15,356 bases of DNA from Trichoplax adhaerens (taxonomy: Eukaryota; Animalia; Placozoa), in the NCBI RefSeq assembly GCF_000150275.1, contig NW_002060943.1, positions 2,986,604-3,001,959 of the forward strand. The letters run 5' to 3'. The first letter of the stretch is position 1, and the number at the start of each line of letters is the position of its first letter. The position numbers and the translations under genes were made by a program. The notes below the pieces were generated by a model that made no database searches, was not told the origin of the DNA, and saw only the letters and a list, made by a program, of their open reading frames with translations. This document shows positions 1 through 10,550 of this stretch, in pieces.

Positions 1-42
1 AAATTTTATACACTACGAAGTCATATCCTATTTTCTCCTTAC

Positions 43-200
43 AATTCCAGAAACATAATTAAGTCAAAAGTAATCCGTAGATATTTAGGTAGAAATAAGG
101 CGGAAAGGAGATGGGAGTTGACATTTTTGTTTTTATCGATTTTTTCTCTCTGTTTATCATCCAGTACGATTTCTTCAGATTCTGACTCATCATCTAGAAT
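43..200 (-). pseudogene. Probable spliceosomal exon (158 nt) of an MFS transporter (SLC22/SV2/SVOP-like central loop into TM7), likely pseudogenic
   Basis: On the minus strand the acceptor ttcatttttAG precedes 200 and the donor GTAAGG follows 43. The open frame reads ILDDESESEEIVLDDKQREKIDKNKNVNSHLLSALFLPKYLRITFDLIMFLE, which resembles 'LF.P.Y.R.T..L' of SV2/SLC22. Upstream (about 257-372, minus strand) there are degenerate 'RYL' and 'KVYT*IA*I' pieces with stops, resembling the PES.RYL...KVL.KIAK.N segment. Confidence 0.45.
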
Positions 201-380
201 CTAAAAATGAATATCAAGCCATTAAATTATATCCGTTATTGTAATTGCCACTCGCTTTACTAAATTCAGTAGCAGAAATATTGAATTTATGCTATCTATG
301 TATAAACTTTATAAGTACTATGCTATACGGTTGAAGTAAGCGCGTAAGTATCTGATTAAAGCAATTTAATTCTAAAATAT

Positions 381-3300
381 AATCTTAAATGTAACTTAAA
401 ATATGAAGATAACAGATTGCAAGCTAGATTATTTTTATTGGTACTGAAATTATAGATCAGTAATAATTTTTATTGTATGATGACTTACATTTTGGCTTTC
501 TTTATGAAAATATTTGATAGCAATAGCTTTTTGAGTGATTATTAAATAGGTATAGCTGACCATTACCTGTTGTAACGATATCCAGGAAAGAACATTATTA
601 CAGCTTAGTCTAAATAAGGATACAAATAGATACTCAAGAATACGATTCATTTTGAAATCTTGGCAATAATTTCTGAAGCAAGAATATCATTGTGTTTTAG
701 ATATACAACTTATACTTATGGAATTTTATTCTCACGTTATAACAGTCTTTAGCTCGAAATACTAGACTATAAATTTCGAAACGGACAGTAACCGCACACG
801 ATTATCACTTATGAGCACTAACATTAATGTATCAAATATAATCTTGCCTAATTCTAAGTCTTAAATCTATACCATAAAACTATAAGAACAGGGGATTTTA
901 CATAAAAGAATCCGTTGTGTTTTTTAGATATCTGTAAAATTAGAATAGCAGAGAGTTTTAAAGTAACTGTAAAATCAAATACTTTAAACTATACAACAAG
1001 TATAATGCTACGCTAGTAGGATTCAATAACAAGTAATGTATTAATTACTTAAAACATTAACTTTGTCTTATTATAAGCATGAAATTAATACGATTCCTAA
1101 GACTCTAGAGTCAGTTGTCGGAGTATCGTTAAACTAATATTGAGAATTTCGTTGGACGAAATACGTTTTAGCTAGATCGGTTTTCCGCAATTGAATAAAA
1201 CTAAATACAAAACCCATGCGATGCAATTCGCAAGGCTCTTCATGTAATGTGATGTCACAGCATCTCTAGTCTAAAATGACCAGGAACTTCGTCAGTTTTT
1301 ATATTAGTACTGCTGACTTAAATTAGGTATAAAATCCATACAATTTCATTTGCAAGATTCTAATGAGATTTCAGAAATCTTCAAACTTAAATTAAGGATT
1401 TTATTGAAGAGAAATTTCATCAACTAGATGAGTTTAAATCAATAGGCTTTAAAGCTTAAAGTCAAATGCTCATGCCACGGTACGAACTACTGTAAAGAAT
1501 TAAATGACTAAATTCAGCGAACATTTATATATGTATGGCGATTACAGTTATTTACTTACAGTAAGAATTACTGAATCGATAGTTTGCTACGGTAAATTAT
1601 AAACAATTCCTATAAAGTAATTAAATACAGTACAAGCTCTTGTAACTGTAATTATGATTAATGCTACGATGTAGGTGCATTGAGATGACTCTGTGAATGG
1701 ACATACTGTAGTCCTATTAGGTAAAATCAGTCAGTAAATGTCCTTATCGATAAATATTTTTGTGAGATGATTCATCAATGTTAGCCGCCACCGAAAGGTA
1801 TTTAAGCTTAGCTGATCATTAAATAATAATCAGTTCTCTATTTGTGTAATCTAGAAACAAAAGCATCTAAGTTCTTATGAGCAGTTAAGGGATTATTATG
1901 TCCCGAAAACTTTCGAAATTTTAGAGATTTGCTTTTACATAATCATTGTCACAAAGCTTGTTTTTCACCAGCTTTAGAAATGTAAAGATTTGTTTCTACG
2001 TAAACCTTGCTGCAAAGCTGATTTGTGACAGCACATCGCCATCGCCATCAAGTATGTTTGTTAACAATGATCAGATCGAATTGAAAGTTTTAGACTAAAG
2101 GCTATGAATGAAATAGATCGCATAACGCTATCTTATATTGTACTATATATTTGTATATTTTTAGACTTTCGAAATTGACTATTTGATTCAACAATCTTAA
2201 TTTATAAAATAATTTGTGTAATAAATCAAACACCAGATGTACAATAATCGATATTGAAACTCTATTACTAATTTACCGAAGTAAAGCATTTCTGTAAAAT
2301 GCAGAACTGATTAATTATCTGGAGAATTTGAGCAACCTGACATTAGATATTACCAGTCTTTGATAGTAAATTAGCTAGAAATAATGTCGTCTTGTCAACA
2401 AAAGTGTTAGAAGCCTTACCTCTAAGATGAATGAGAATGCAGTTGTCACGATCATTGGTTGAATTCCACTTCTATGTAATGAATTCGGTAATCCTAAAGA
2501 TTTATAAATTAGCATAAGTTATGGATACGTACTTCTAATCGTACTGCTATGTTCTGGCAGTTACCTTATGTGACGTGATACTATCTAAACTAATATTATT
2601 ATATAATACAGTTTTATATGTAGTATATTATCTTATGGTACATTGTGTATAGACTATAAAATGAGTTGTTGGCGAATGCCATGAGGAATTGTGACTATAT
2701 AGGCAATCGGAGCTATATTAGTACTTTGGAGTAATAAAGGTCCCTATTTCTATGATAAAAAGGGTGTTTGTATTTCCTGAGAGAATCCTTAACCTCCCTA
2801 GTATCCAGTGATCGTAACAACTATGAAATTGACTTCGACAATAATTTTCTGCGACTTGGAAATTTCAACAGCAAAATATTTCTATTGCTTCTTTACCTAA
2901 GACTCCTATCCCTTGAAGGATGGCCACAAAAATGAAATCTAATTTTTAAAAACATGAATAGGTTTTAGTTTTACTGTGTCAGCTGTAATAGTAAAAGCTG
3001 TAAATCAGATAGTTGTAGTATTATATATCAGAGTACGCGATGAACTAACACATTTTTAGAAAAAATAGCCCATTCCGAAAAGTTAAATAATTGTTATTTG
3101 ATATTTCTTTCTCTGTAGCTTCGTTCTCGTCACTTGAAGAATCCAAAGTTTTGCCATTTGTTGATGAAACAGCCATCTTTGTGTATCTTAGCGTGTAAAA
3201 TTACTGCTTGTATTAACGATACTCCAATAAATCGCCTTACGGACATTAAGAAAGCCAAGCTATTAAAACCGGTATTTTAGCTATACGTACTATCCTATAC

Positions 3301-4345
3301 CAACTTCAACAACATCGATTTACTTAATACAAAAATCACGACAATCTTTAAATAAATAGTTTTTCAATCGGATTAGTTAATAGTAGCTAAAATAAAACGA
3401 TCTTCACCTCAATATCCAATGCTTATTGCTTTTAAGATGAGATCGGTAGATCAACATAAAACTGTTTGGCTGTTAAATCGATATAGTTCGTTTTTCTCAC
3501 TTTTTATGTACACAATAAATCACTCTTATTCGCTAATAAACTTTAAAATGTATTTAATTTGAAGTAGTTACAGGTGCTAAGTTAGTAAAATTCTACTATC
3601 ACCATTTATTTTCTCTTGAAGGGATTCAGTCTAACCTTATATCGAATCGAATCAATTGTTCTCAGTGGATTAAAGACCTTACCAATAAGAACATCCCATC
3701 ATTACAGATCGCATAAAATAATTCCTTAGTCTAGATATTGAGGCTTCTAGTGGTACAAATGGCTGATATATAATGATAGCTTGTAGTAAGTCTACTCAAA
3801 AAGAAGAAATGATGAGCGAACGGTTATAAAAAACTGTCCGAATTAACTCGACAATCCAGAACGTTGATAGTCCCTGGGGATTAATTAAGGACGCCATTTT
3901 ATTGTAGTTCTTGCCGCGCATCTATACAATCCGTCCCTTTTATTAGATAATAGTAACATTTCGTAGTTCTATTAGCAGTTCTAATTGATTATTTTGATTA
4001 TAGTTTCGAATCAACTAATTTATTTCGTAGATGGACTTCCTCTTAACTTTAGATAAGATAAACGCGTACATTTTCTCAATCTACGATATCTTCATTTAAT
4101 TCGTTAATCAGGATAGATAAACTAATACTTGCACGAATTTGATTTTTAATTTGCACTATGCTGATAGAATAGTCTACTGGGCAGAGTCAAATTTGGCTAC
4201 AATTTCATCTCTTTCACTAGACTACTCTTGGTATTATGATTATATTAGGTGATCGAGTTATTCACTTGTAATGTAGCAGCTGTCTTATTCGAGTTATTAC
4301 CCTCAAACGTTTGTTCTATTTATAGGATAATTCATCAGGTAGCCA
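381..4345 (+). pseudogene. Heavily decayed leucine-rich-repeat (LRR) protein gene relic
   Basis: Plus-strand LRR-like fragments broken by many stops and frameshifts: LKL*ISNNF (~444), NLGNNF (~656), LKTLTLSYYKHEINTIP (1048), VFRN*IKL (~1180), KLRILLKRNFIN (~1389), KCSCHGT (~1464), LKVLD/..NEIDRI (2081), LARNN..KVL (2371), EIDFDNNFLRLGNFNSKIFLLLLYLRLLSLEG (2825-2920), NIDLLNTKITTI (~3311), NLRYLHL (4078). Boundaries are approximate. Confidence 0.55.
2520..2825. mobile_element. ~300-bp segment present only in duplication copy A (insertion in A or deletion in B)
   Basis: Copy B reads directly across this point (...CACAAATAATGAAATTGAC). TATG flanks both ends (2520-2523, 2822-2825), and there is a short inverted repeat TGGATAC (2522-2528)/GTATCCA (2801-2807). 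Confidence 0.4.
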
Positions 4346-4346
4346 A

Positions 4347-4375
4347 GGTTAGGGTTAGGGTTAGGGTTAGCGTTA
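4347..4375 (+). repeat. Interstitial telomeric sequence GG(TTAGGG)3TTAGCGTTA
   Basis: Read directly from the sequence; TTAGGG is the canonical metazoan/ancestral eukaryote telomere repeat. Confidence 0.9.
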
Positions 4376-4613
4376 ATACCATACATCTAGTTGTTTTACG
4401 TTATTTGTGTCCTTATCTAATAAATGGAGCACAAAATAATGGATTTTATGTTGCGGAGAATTGAAATTTTACAGGCTAGCTTACGCATAAAATTATATAG
4501 AAATTATGAATGAAAACTATACAAACCGGTGCTATTTATCTTTATTACTTTAAATATCGTATTATTTACACCTTCTACTAAGATTCAGATATATAACATA
4601 GAGCATAGTAGTA

Positions 4614-6425
4614 ATTAACTATATGGAGAATTCTAACTACCTGTTTTCTACATATTACTGGTGTTTAATAATAAATTAGCTAGAAATAACTTCGTCTTAT
4701 TATAATTAAAAGTGTTTGAAAACCTTACCTCTAAAATGAGTTAGAACACAGTTGTTACGATCATTGGTTGAATTTCTCTTTCAGATAATGAATCAGGTAA
4801 TCCTAAAGAATCCATAAATCAACACAAATAATGAAATTGACTTTGATGGGTAATCCTTGACGATTTGGAAAATTTTAGCAGTGAATTATTTTATTGCTTC
4901 TCTACCTAAAACTCCGAGTCCGTGAAGAAAGGCCACATAAATCAAATGTAATATTTAGAACATTGATGAATTTTTAGTTTTAGCGTGTTGGTTGTTTTAA
5001 AAAAGCAAATCAAATAGTTATAGTATACTCCATATAATAATGAAGATATACGATAAATTAACATATTTCTAGAAAAAATAAACCATTTTTGAAGATTAAA
5101 TAATATTTATGTTGTATTTTTTTCTCTGTAGATTCGTTATCGTCATTCGAAGAATCTAAACTTTTGCAACTTGTTGAAGAATTAGCCTTTTTTGCGTATC
5201 TTAGGGTGTAGAATCAACACTTGTACTAATGATTTTCCAATAAATCACGCTACGAATATTGAGAAAGTCAAATTATAATTATAAGAACACACATTTCAGT
5301 AATAGATACTACTCAAGTACTGATTACAACATAGACATACTACAATAGGAAAGATCACAAGAACTTTTACGTGAATAATTTTTCTATCAATTTGTTAAAG
5401 CTGGTTAAGAAATGATCTTACCCTTAAACATTCAACGATTATCGCTTTTAGTAGTAGACTAACGTTAAATTGTTAGGCTCTTTTCGATTGATATGATTTG
5501 TTTCTTAGCTTTAACAACCGAAAAAATTCAATCTTAGTTGCTAAGATACTCTAAAATATGTCTAATGTTAAGTAGTTACTAGTACTAAGTCAGTACGAAA
5601 TTCTACACTACTATCATCATTTAATAATATTTTCCCTTAAAAGGATCAACTGCTACCTTATGTTGATTCGTACTAGTAATCGTCGGCTAAATACTTATCT
5701 TATTAGTAAGAAAAATTCGATATTTATAGCTCGCATGAAGTAAGTTTCTATCTTGTATATCGAGACTTCTAATATTTAAGTTAAATAATAATTATAATTA
5801 TTAAAAATAAGTTGTACTAAATCAAGTAGAAGACAGAATTAAGTGCGCGAAGGGTAACAAAAACTCTCTAAATGACCTTGACAATCGATAAAGTTAAAAA
5901 TCCTCAAGAGATTAGGAACGCCACTTTATCATAGTCAGTCGTCGCGCGTCTACATAATCTGTGCATTCTATAGAATGAAAACAACACTCCCAATTCCTTT
6001 AACCCTATTTGATTTTTGTGATTGTAACTGTCAACTTAATTAATTCATTTTGTAAGCAAACTTCAGCTCCACCTTTTACAAGATTCATCAATCTACGATA
6101 CCTTCATTTAATTCACTGACCGGGATGGATAAAGTAATATTTGTCTGAATTCATTTATTTCATGCGTTTACATATTTTATTCTAATTACTTTATGATTAG
6201 CAGTAAATTTCATTTCAATTTTACTCGACTTATAATATGTTGATAGGATGGATTATTAGGCAAAGTCAAGTATGGCTACAATTTTATCTCTTTCGTCAGT
6301 CTACTCTCATACTATGATTATATTAGGTAATCGAGTTGCTCACTTGTAATGCTGTTGGATTATTCAAGTTATTACCCTCACAGTAAATGCTTGTTTCATC
6401 CATAGGATAATTTATCGGACAGTTA
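4614..6425 (+). pseudogene. Second, diverged partial copy of the LRR relic
   Basis: Collinear with 2310-4345. Fragments include LARNNFVLL*LKVFENLTS (4676), EIDFDG (~4833), FINLRYLHL (~6084) and KVKYGYNFISF (~6262). Confidence 0.5.
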
Positions 6426-6976
6426 AATATCGCCACTATTTCATTTATTGGGTTAGGATGCAAATACTTCACTCATATTTACTAATTAAGTTATAACTAA
6501 ACGCTTAAATACGTGTATTACTCAATTCATCTATAGGACTAGCCTATCCTCCATCAAATCAAACTCTGCACTACTAACAAAGTGTGTCTACAGTGTCAAA
6601 ACTATTTAAATTACTTATTCAATTTTCTGAAGGGACATAATATACAGTTAGTTTCGTCATAATTATTGAATTCTATACCACATCAACTCTGAAAGCTATT
6701 TAAGTAAAATTTCTCTATCATCCATACGACACAAACAGAAGTCGATATGCGAATATAGAAAGTTTAAAGCAATAAATAATTGCGCTATGTACTGTACATC
6801 AAAAGGTCAATTTGAATCTTTTGGTAAGAATTTTACTGATTTATAACACAAATTCAAATTCTGGTTTAATTAGTGGGATTCGAAAGTCAGATCTTTAATA
6901 CTCTTATTAAACGCAAGAAGATTAGCCCAATAAATCTTACTTAAAACAGATCGTCTCTATAATTAACATAATATCG
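6426..6976. mobile_element. 537-bp non-coding insertion (6433-6969) flanked by a 7-bp direct repeat AATATCG (putative TSD), with subterminal inverted repeats
   Basis: Absent from paralogous copy A. AATATCG occurs at 6426-6432 and 6970-6976. ATTTATTGGGTTA (6443-6455) pairs 12/13 with TAGCCCAATAAAT (6923-6935). No ORF. Confidence 0.6.
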
Positions 6977-8126
6977 TGCATCTAGCTGTTTTACTTTGGT
7001 TGTATCTTGTCCTGTTAGAGAGTGACTGATATAAAGTACTATTTGGATATTGCTACTATATTTTACCATTAATACGACGCCCTTCGTTCTAGTAGAATTC
7101 CATGTAATGAAAAATGTTAATATTAATTATCAGAATAAAAATATTTGCATGAAAGTTATGTCATTCGAATCCAAATATGGCATTGTATCCGATGCCATTG
7201 AAATTAACCTTCAATCCTTAAATTTTTTAACCGGACAGATTTTCAAATGGCCAGTGTCATCTTACATAATACGTACAGCATATAAAAAAGATTTTATGTT
7301 ACAAAAATAGCGTCAACGATGTACTAGTACTACTACACATATATAATAGATAAAATATACACCTACGTTAACGGTTTCCAGTCGAAAATGCATTTGTAAA
7401 ACATGTCTCTTAAATCTCGTATCAGTGAAAATTAATCGTAAAATTTTTAATACTATACATTCTACCTCGGAATCTTAATCAAATCTCTCTTTATACAAAA
7501 ACTTTCTTTGACACGTCATAAATCTTGAAATACTTGCAAGATGAAGGATTACTTGTTATCAATCCGCAGTACTACATGATTCTAACTTAACAGTAAATAT
7601 CTTTCGTTGCAAAGAAATGGAATTAAATTAGATGCAGTATTATATCAACGTTGAACGATTTTATTACCATGGCATAAAAAAAAAGTGATCGATTCTTCGA
7701 CAAAGATGCCAATCGTACATTTATAAGACTCTATGGCATTTTTGTGCGACATACTCTAACTCATATAACTTGAATTTAATAAATATTTCATACAAGAATT
7801 AATTAGTTGTACATTTTCTATTAATAGTAAGATGTATGTATTTATGAATAAATCAAGCCACTTTTGCTAACTGACTAGTAATACAACAAGAAGAATACAG
7901 TAAATTATTATATAGATTGCCAGATTCTATACATTGTGCTGAAAATTTTATAATTGTTTTAACTTCCGCATGACCCCATAGGAACTTGCGTTTGAAAATT
8001 TTCTTAACCTGTTACTATGAAATAATGCTAAACAATAAATTGAGTACAGTCTGATGTAGCCTTGGGTGTGATCCAGACTGAAAGGTCTATAATGCTGAAG
8101 TAACTTCATTACAATTTCTTAACAGG

Positions 8127-9620
8127 CTACTTTTTCATTTTCTTCTTATTGGGCAATTTTTTTAAATTATCCATAGGTTCTTGCCGCTTTAATGGAGCAA
8201 ACTTAGTTAGGGCAACATCCCGTGCTTTCTTATGATTTACAATACACTTCGGATATGTTTTACCCAAAGCTATTCCAGCTTTTTTCAGTACTGCTGCCGG
8301 AGCTTCCCATGGTTGCTGTATGTAATCATTGGATAATTTGGCTATTTCAGGGATCCATTTTCTGACATAATTCCCATCAGAATCGAATCTTTCACCTTGC
8401 GTTACTGGATTAATGATGTAAAAATAAGAAGAAATATCAGCTCCACATCCCGTTATGCGTTGCCAGCTGCAAGAATTTAGAGCTAAATCAGCATCCACAA
8501 GTGTATCCCAAAACCATTCAGCCCCATTTTGCCAAGGAATCAAAAGATGCTTTGTTAAGAATGAAGCTACTATCGTTCTGACTCGATAACTGATTACACC
8601 AGTATTCAATAACTCGCGCATTCCAGCATCTACGATAGGATAGCCAGTTTTACCTTGTTGCCAGAGTTTTAATTTCTCCTTATCCACTTTCCATATCGTT
8701 TCATCAAAATTCAATTTATAACTCTTTTCCGGAAAATCCGGATAGTAATGCAACAGATGGAAGCAAAAGTCTCTCCATCCAAGCTCAGTTAAAAATTTTT
8801 GTGAACTATCCGAAGGTACTGATCGCAAATGAACACTTTCTTTAGCTGTATGCCATACAACAAATGGACTGATCTCACCAAAATGGAGATGTGTTGATAA
8901 CTGAGAGGTTTTACTCGGCCAAACTGTTTCCTTCCCTTTGCGATAATCAACTAATTTATACTTTATAAATTCTTTAAGTTTACGAATTGCTCCATCTTCA
9001 CCTGGGCAACCGATTACTATTTTTAACTCATCTTTCCAATCCTTTTTAGCAGAAACTAAATGCCAAGAATCGAGCGTATCAGTTTGAACTTTGATATCTA
9101 ATGTGTTATTGAATCTTGGTTTATCGTACGGTTTACGAGGTTGGTCTGACGATAAGCAGCGATTCCAGTACATTATATACAATTTAAATGGTTCATCTTT
9201 TGCACTTTTAACCGCCCATGGCTCATATAATAGTCCAGCTTGGAATGACCCGACTGTAACATCATCAACTTTTAACGCTTCTTCAATGGACTGATCTCTT
9301 TTCACAGCATAGGGTTCATAACATCGGTTCCAGTAGACAGCATCTGCCCTACTTTGTAGCAGTACCTGGCGTAAAATTGTAAGTGGGTCTGCACCCCGTC
9401 TTAAAATTAGGGGTATATTGAACTTGAGGAGATCATTCTGCAACGATTTTAAGCTATGATGTAGCCACCACAGACTGGCTTTACCCAATTTCCATTTGCC
9501 AGGCGTTTCTTGATCCAAAATATAAATGATAACAACATGGCCTCGTTTAGCAGCATGAAATAATGCTGGGTTGTCAATTAATCGTAAGTCGTATCTAAGC
9601 CAGACGACTGTACAAACCAT
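8127..9620 (-). CDS. Cryptochrome/photolyase family flavoprotein, paralog A (class III CPD photolyase/plant-CRY-like, 497 aa), intronless, with C-terminal basic NLS-like tail; lesion-binding residues degenerate (cryptochrome-like)
   Basis: Intact ORF with family motifs WLRYDLRLIDNPAL, ASLWWLHHSL, TSQLSTHLHFGEISP, ELGWRDF, WQQGKTGYPIVDAGMREL and WFWDTLVDADLA. It also has the PWEAP...AGIALGKTYP C-terminal segment typical of class III/plant-CRY proteins, and ends in KRQEPMDNLKKLPNKKKMKK. Confidence 0.95.
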   Translation of the reverse strand: MVCTVVWLRYDLRLIDNPALFHAAKRGHVVIIYILDQETPGKWKLGKASLWWLHHSLKSLQNDLLKFNIPLILRRGADPLTILRQVLLQSRADAVYWNRCYEPYAVKRDQSIEEALKVDDVTVGSFQAGLLYEPWAVKSAKDEPFKLYIMYWNRCLSSDQPRKPYDKPRFNNTLDIKVQTDTLDSWHLVSAKKDWKDELKIVIGCPGEDGAIRKLKEFIKYKLVDYRKGKETVWPSKTSQLSTHLHFGEISPFVVWHTAKESVHLRSVPSDSSQKFLTELGWRDFCFHLLHYYPDFPEKSYKLNFDETIWKVDKEKLKLWQQGKTGYPIVDAGMRELLNTGVISYRVRTIVASFLTKHLLIPWQNGAEWFWDTLVDADLALNSCSWQRITGCGADISSYFYIINPVTQGERFDSDGNYVRKWIPEIAKLSNDYIQQPWEAPAAVLKKAGIALGKTYPKCIVNHKKARDVALTKFAPLKRQEPMDNLKKLPNKKKMKK

Positions 9621-9880
9621 TTCTTGTCAATTTTTTCCAATTTAGCAGTTAACACATTCAGTAGTCATTTAGCATATGCACTTTGATAAACGGTGCATGT
9701 GATATTTAGTGTAATTTACACTTCATCACTAGCTAGCAAGAAATACCTAGCAGACCGTTTGGCCTAATAAGACAAGAAGATGCTAAAGGAAGCTCCTTGT
9801 TGAAGTATACTTTATAATCGACTTGATCCCTTTACTAAATATCATGCAATATGTTTATTTTATTAGGAATTCAGGATAAG

Positions 9881-10166
9881 CTAAATTACGTCCAATTTTT
9901 TAGAACAAATCAAACCCTTAACGTTGGTCTCCAATTTGAGCCAGTAATTGCTTTGCAGCTTTAGGCCTTTACAGATTTGGAATTTGACAACTTGGGCAGA
10001 ATCTTCGTCCAAGCCTCCACCCTCGTATACTTCGCTATATTAGCAATTTAGAATAAACAAATTCAACTAAATTACGTCCAACTCTTTCTCCAATTTTGAA
10101 AAAAGTAATTGCTTTGTAGCTTTAGGTCTTTGCAAGTTTGGAATTCGACAACTTGGATATGATCTT
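9881..10166 (+). repeat. Imperfect direct repeat, copies 9881-10005 and 10067-10166
   Basis: Both copies read CTAAATTACGTCCAA...TCTCCAATTT...AGTAATTGCTTTG.AGCTTTAGG.CTTT.CA..TTTGGAATT.GACAACTTGG. Confidence 0.9.
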
Positions 10167-10530
10167 GATCAATGACTGTATCGTTGTACTCTCTGCTACC
10201 GCTGATGATATCGTTGTTAATTTTAAATTGTAGATTGAGCAATCCAAAAGGAGAAACCCATTGAAATCTTCATACAACTGCTAAGGACGATCAAAGGCAT
10301 TGATTTAGCATATAGATCAGGTCTACTCTAGCAGAAGCTTGCTCCAAGCTGTCGAGGGAAGCTGCTGCAAATGATGGAAGCAAGCCCGATACGACCGTAT
10401 CATAGCAATACCGTATCTCCACGGTGTTGTTTGTAATCCAGGCTGTCAGTATCTTGCTCAATGCTCAGTATTAGGACCGCACTCTTACACTAAACAGTCT
10501 AGTATCATAGTAAAGGCGAAAAGAATCGAG

Positions 10531-10550
10531 CTACTTGTTCGAACAAGTTT
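10531..10550. promoter_or_regulatory. Candidate p53-family response element CTACTTGTTC|GAACAAGTTT containing a perfect 16-bp palindrome
   Basis: Two RRRCWWGYYY decamers with zero spacer (8/10 and 10/10 matches, both CWWG cores intact). ACTTGTTCGAACAAGT at 10533-10548 is self-complementary. It lies between the divergent photolyase starts. Confidence 0.4.

Larger units (their letters stand above)
2310..4410 (+). repeat. Old tandem duplication, copy A (paralogous to 4614-7010)
   Basis: Collinear shared blocks such as AAATTAGCTAGAAATAA, ACGATCATTGGTTGAATT, GGTAATCCTAAAGA, ATGAAATTGACTT, TCAATCTACGATA.CTTCATTTAATTC, AGTTATTACCCTCA and CATCTAG.TGTTTTAC, with many substitutions and indels. Confidence 0.9.
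4614..7010 (+). repeat. Old tandem duplication, copy B (paralogous to 2310-4410)
   Basis: Same anchor blocks in the same order. It lacks the ~300-bp insert of copy A and carries its own 537-bp insert. Confidence 0.9.

Noticed and set aside
4347-4375. True chromosome end
   Set aside because: Only three perfect units, with paralog-homologous sequence on both sides.
4249-4464. 71-aa ORF with VRVRVRV (and its twin at 14661-14876)
   Set aside because: GTG start; the VR repeat is just translated TTAGGG; it lies in decayed duplicated DNA.
6870-6930. tRNA gene suggested by a TTCGAATCCC-like motif on the minus strand
   Set aside because: No cloverleaf or convincing A box.
7050-7310. 86-aa ORF (also 450-650 and 10762-10950)
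   Set aside because: Short, no domain signal, and two have TTG starts; expected by chance.
7399-7408. Perfect single p53 half-site AAACATGTCT
   Set aside because: An isolated decamer with no partner, downstream of gene A; expected by chance.
9091-9294. Antisense ORF inside paralog A
   Set aside because: Shadow ORF of a real CDS with a non-ATG start.
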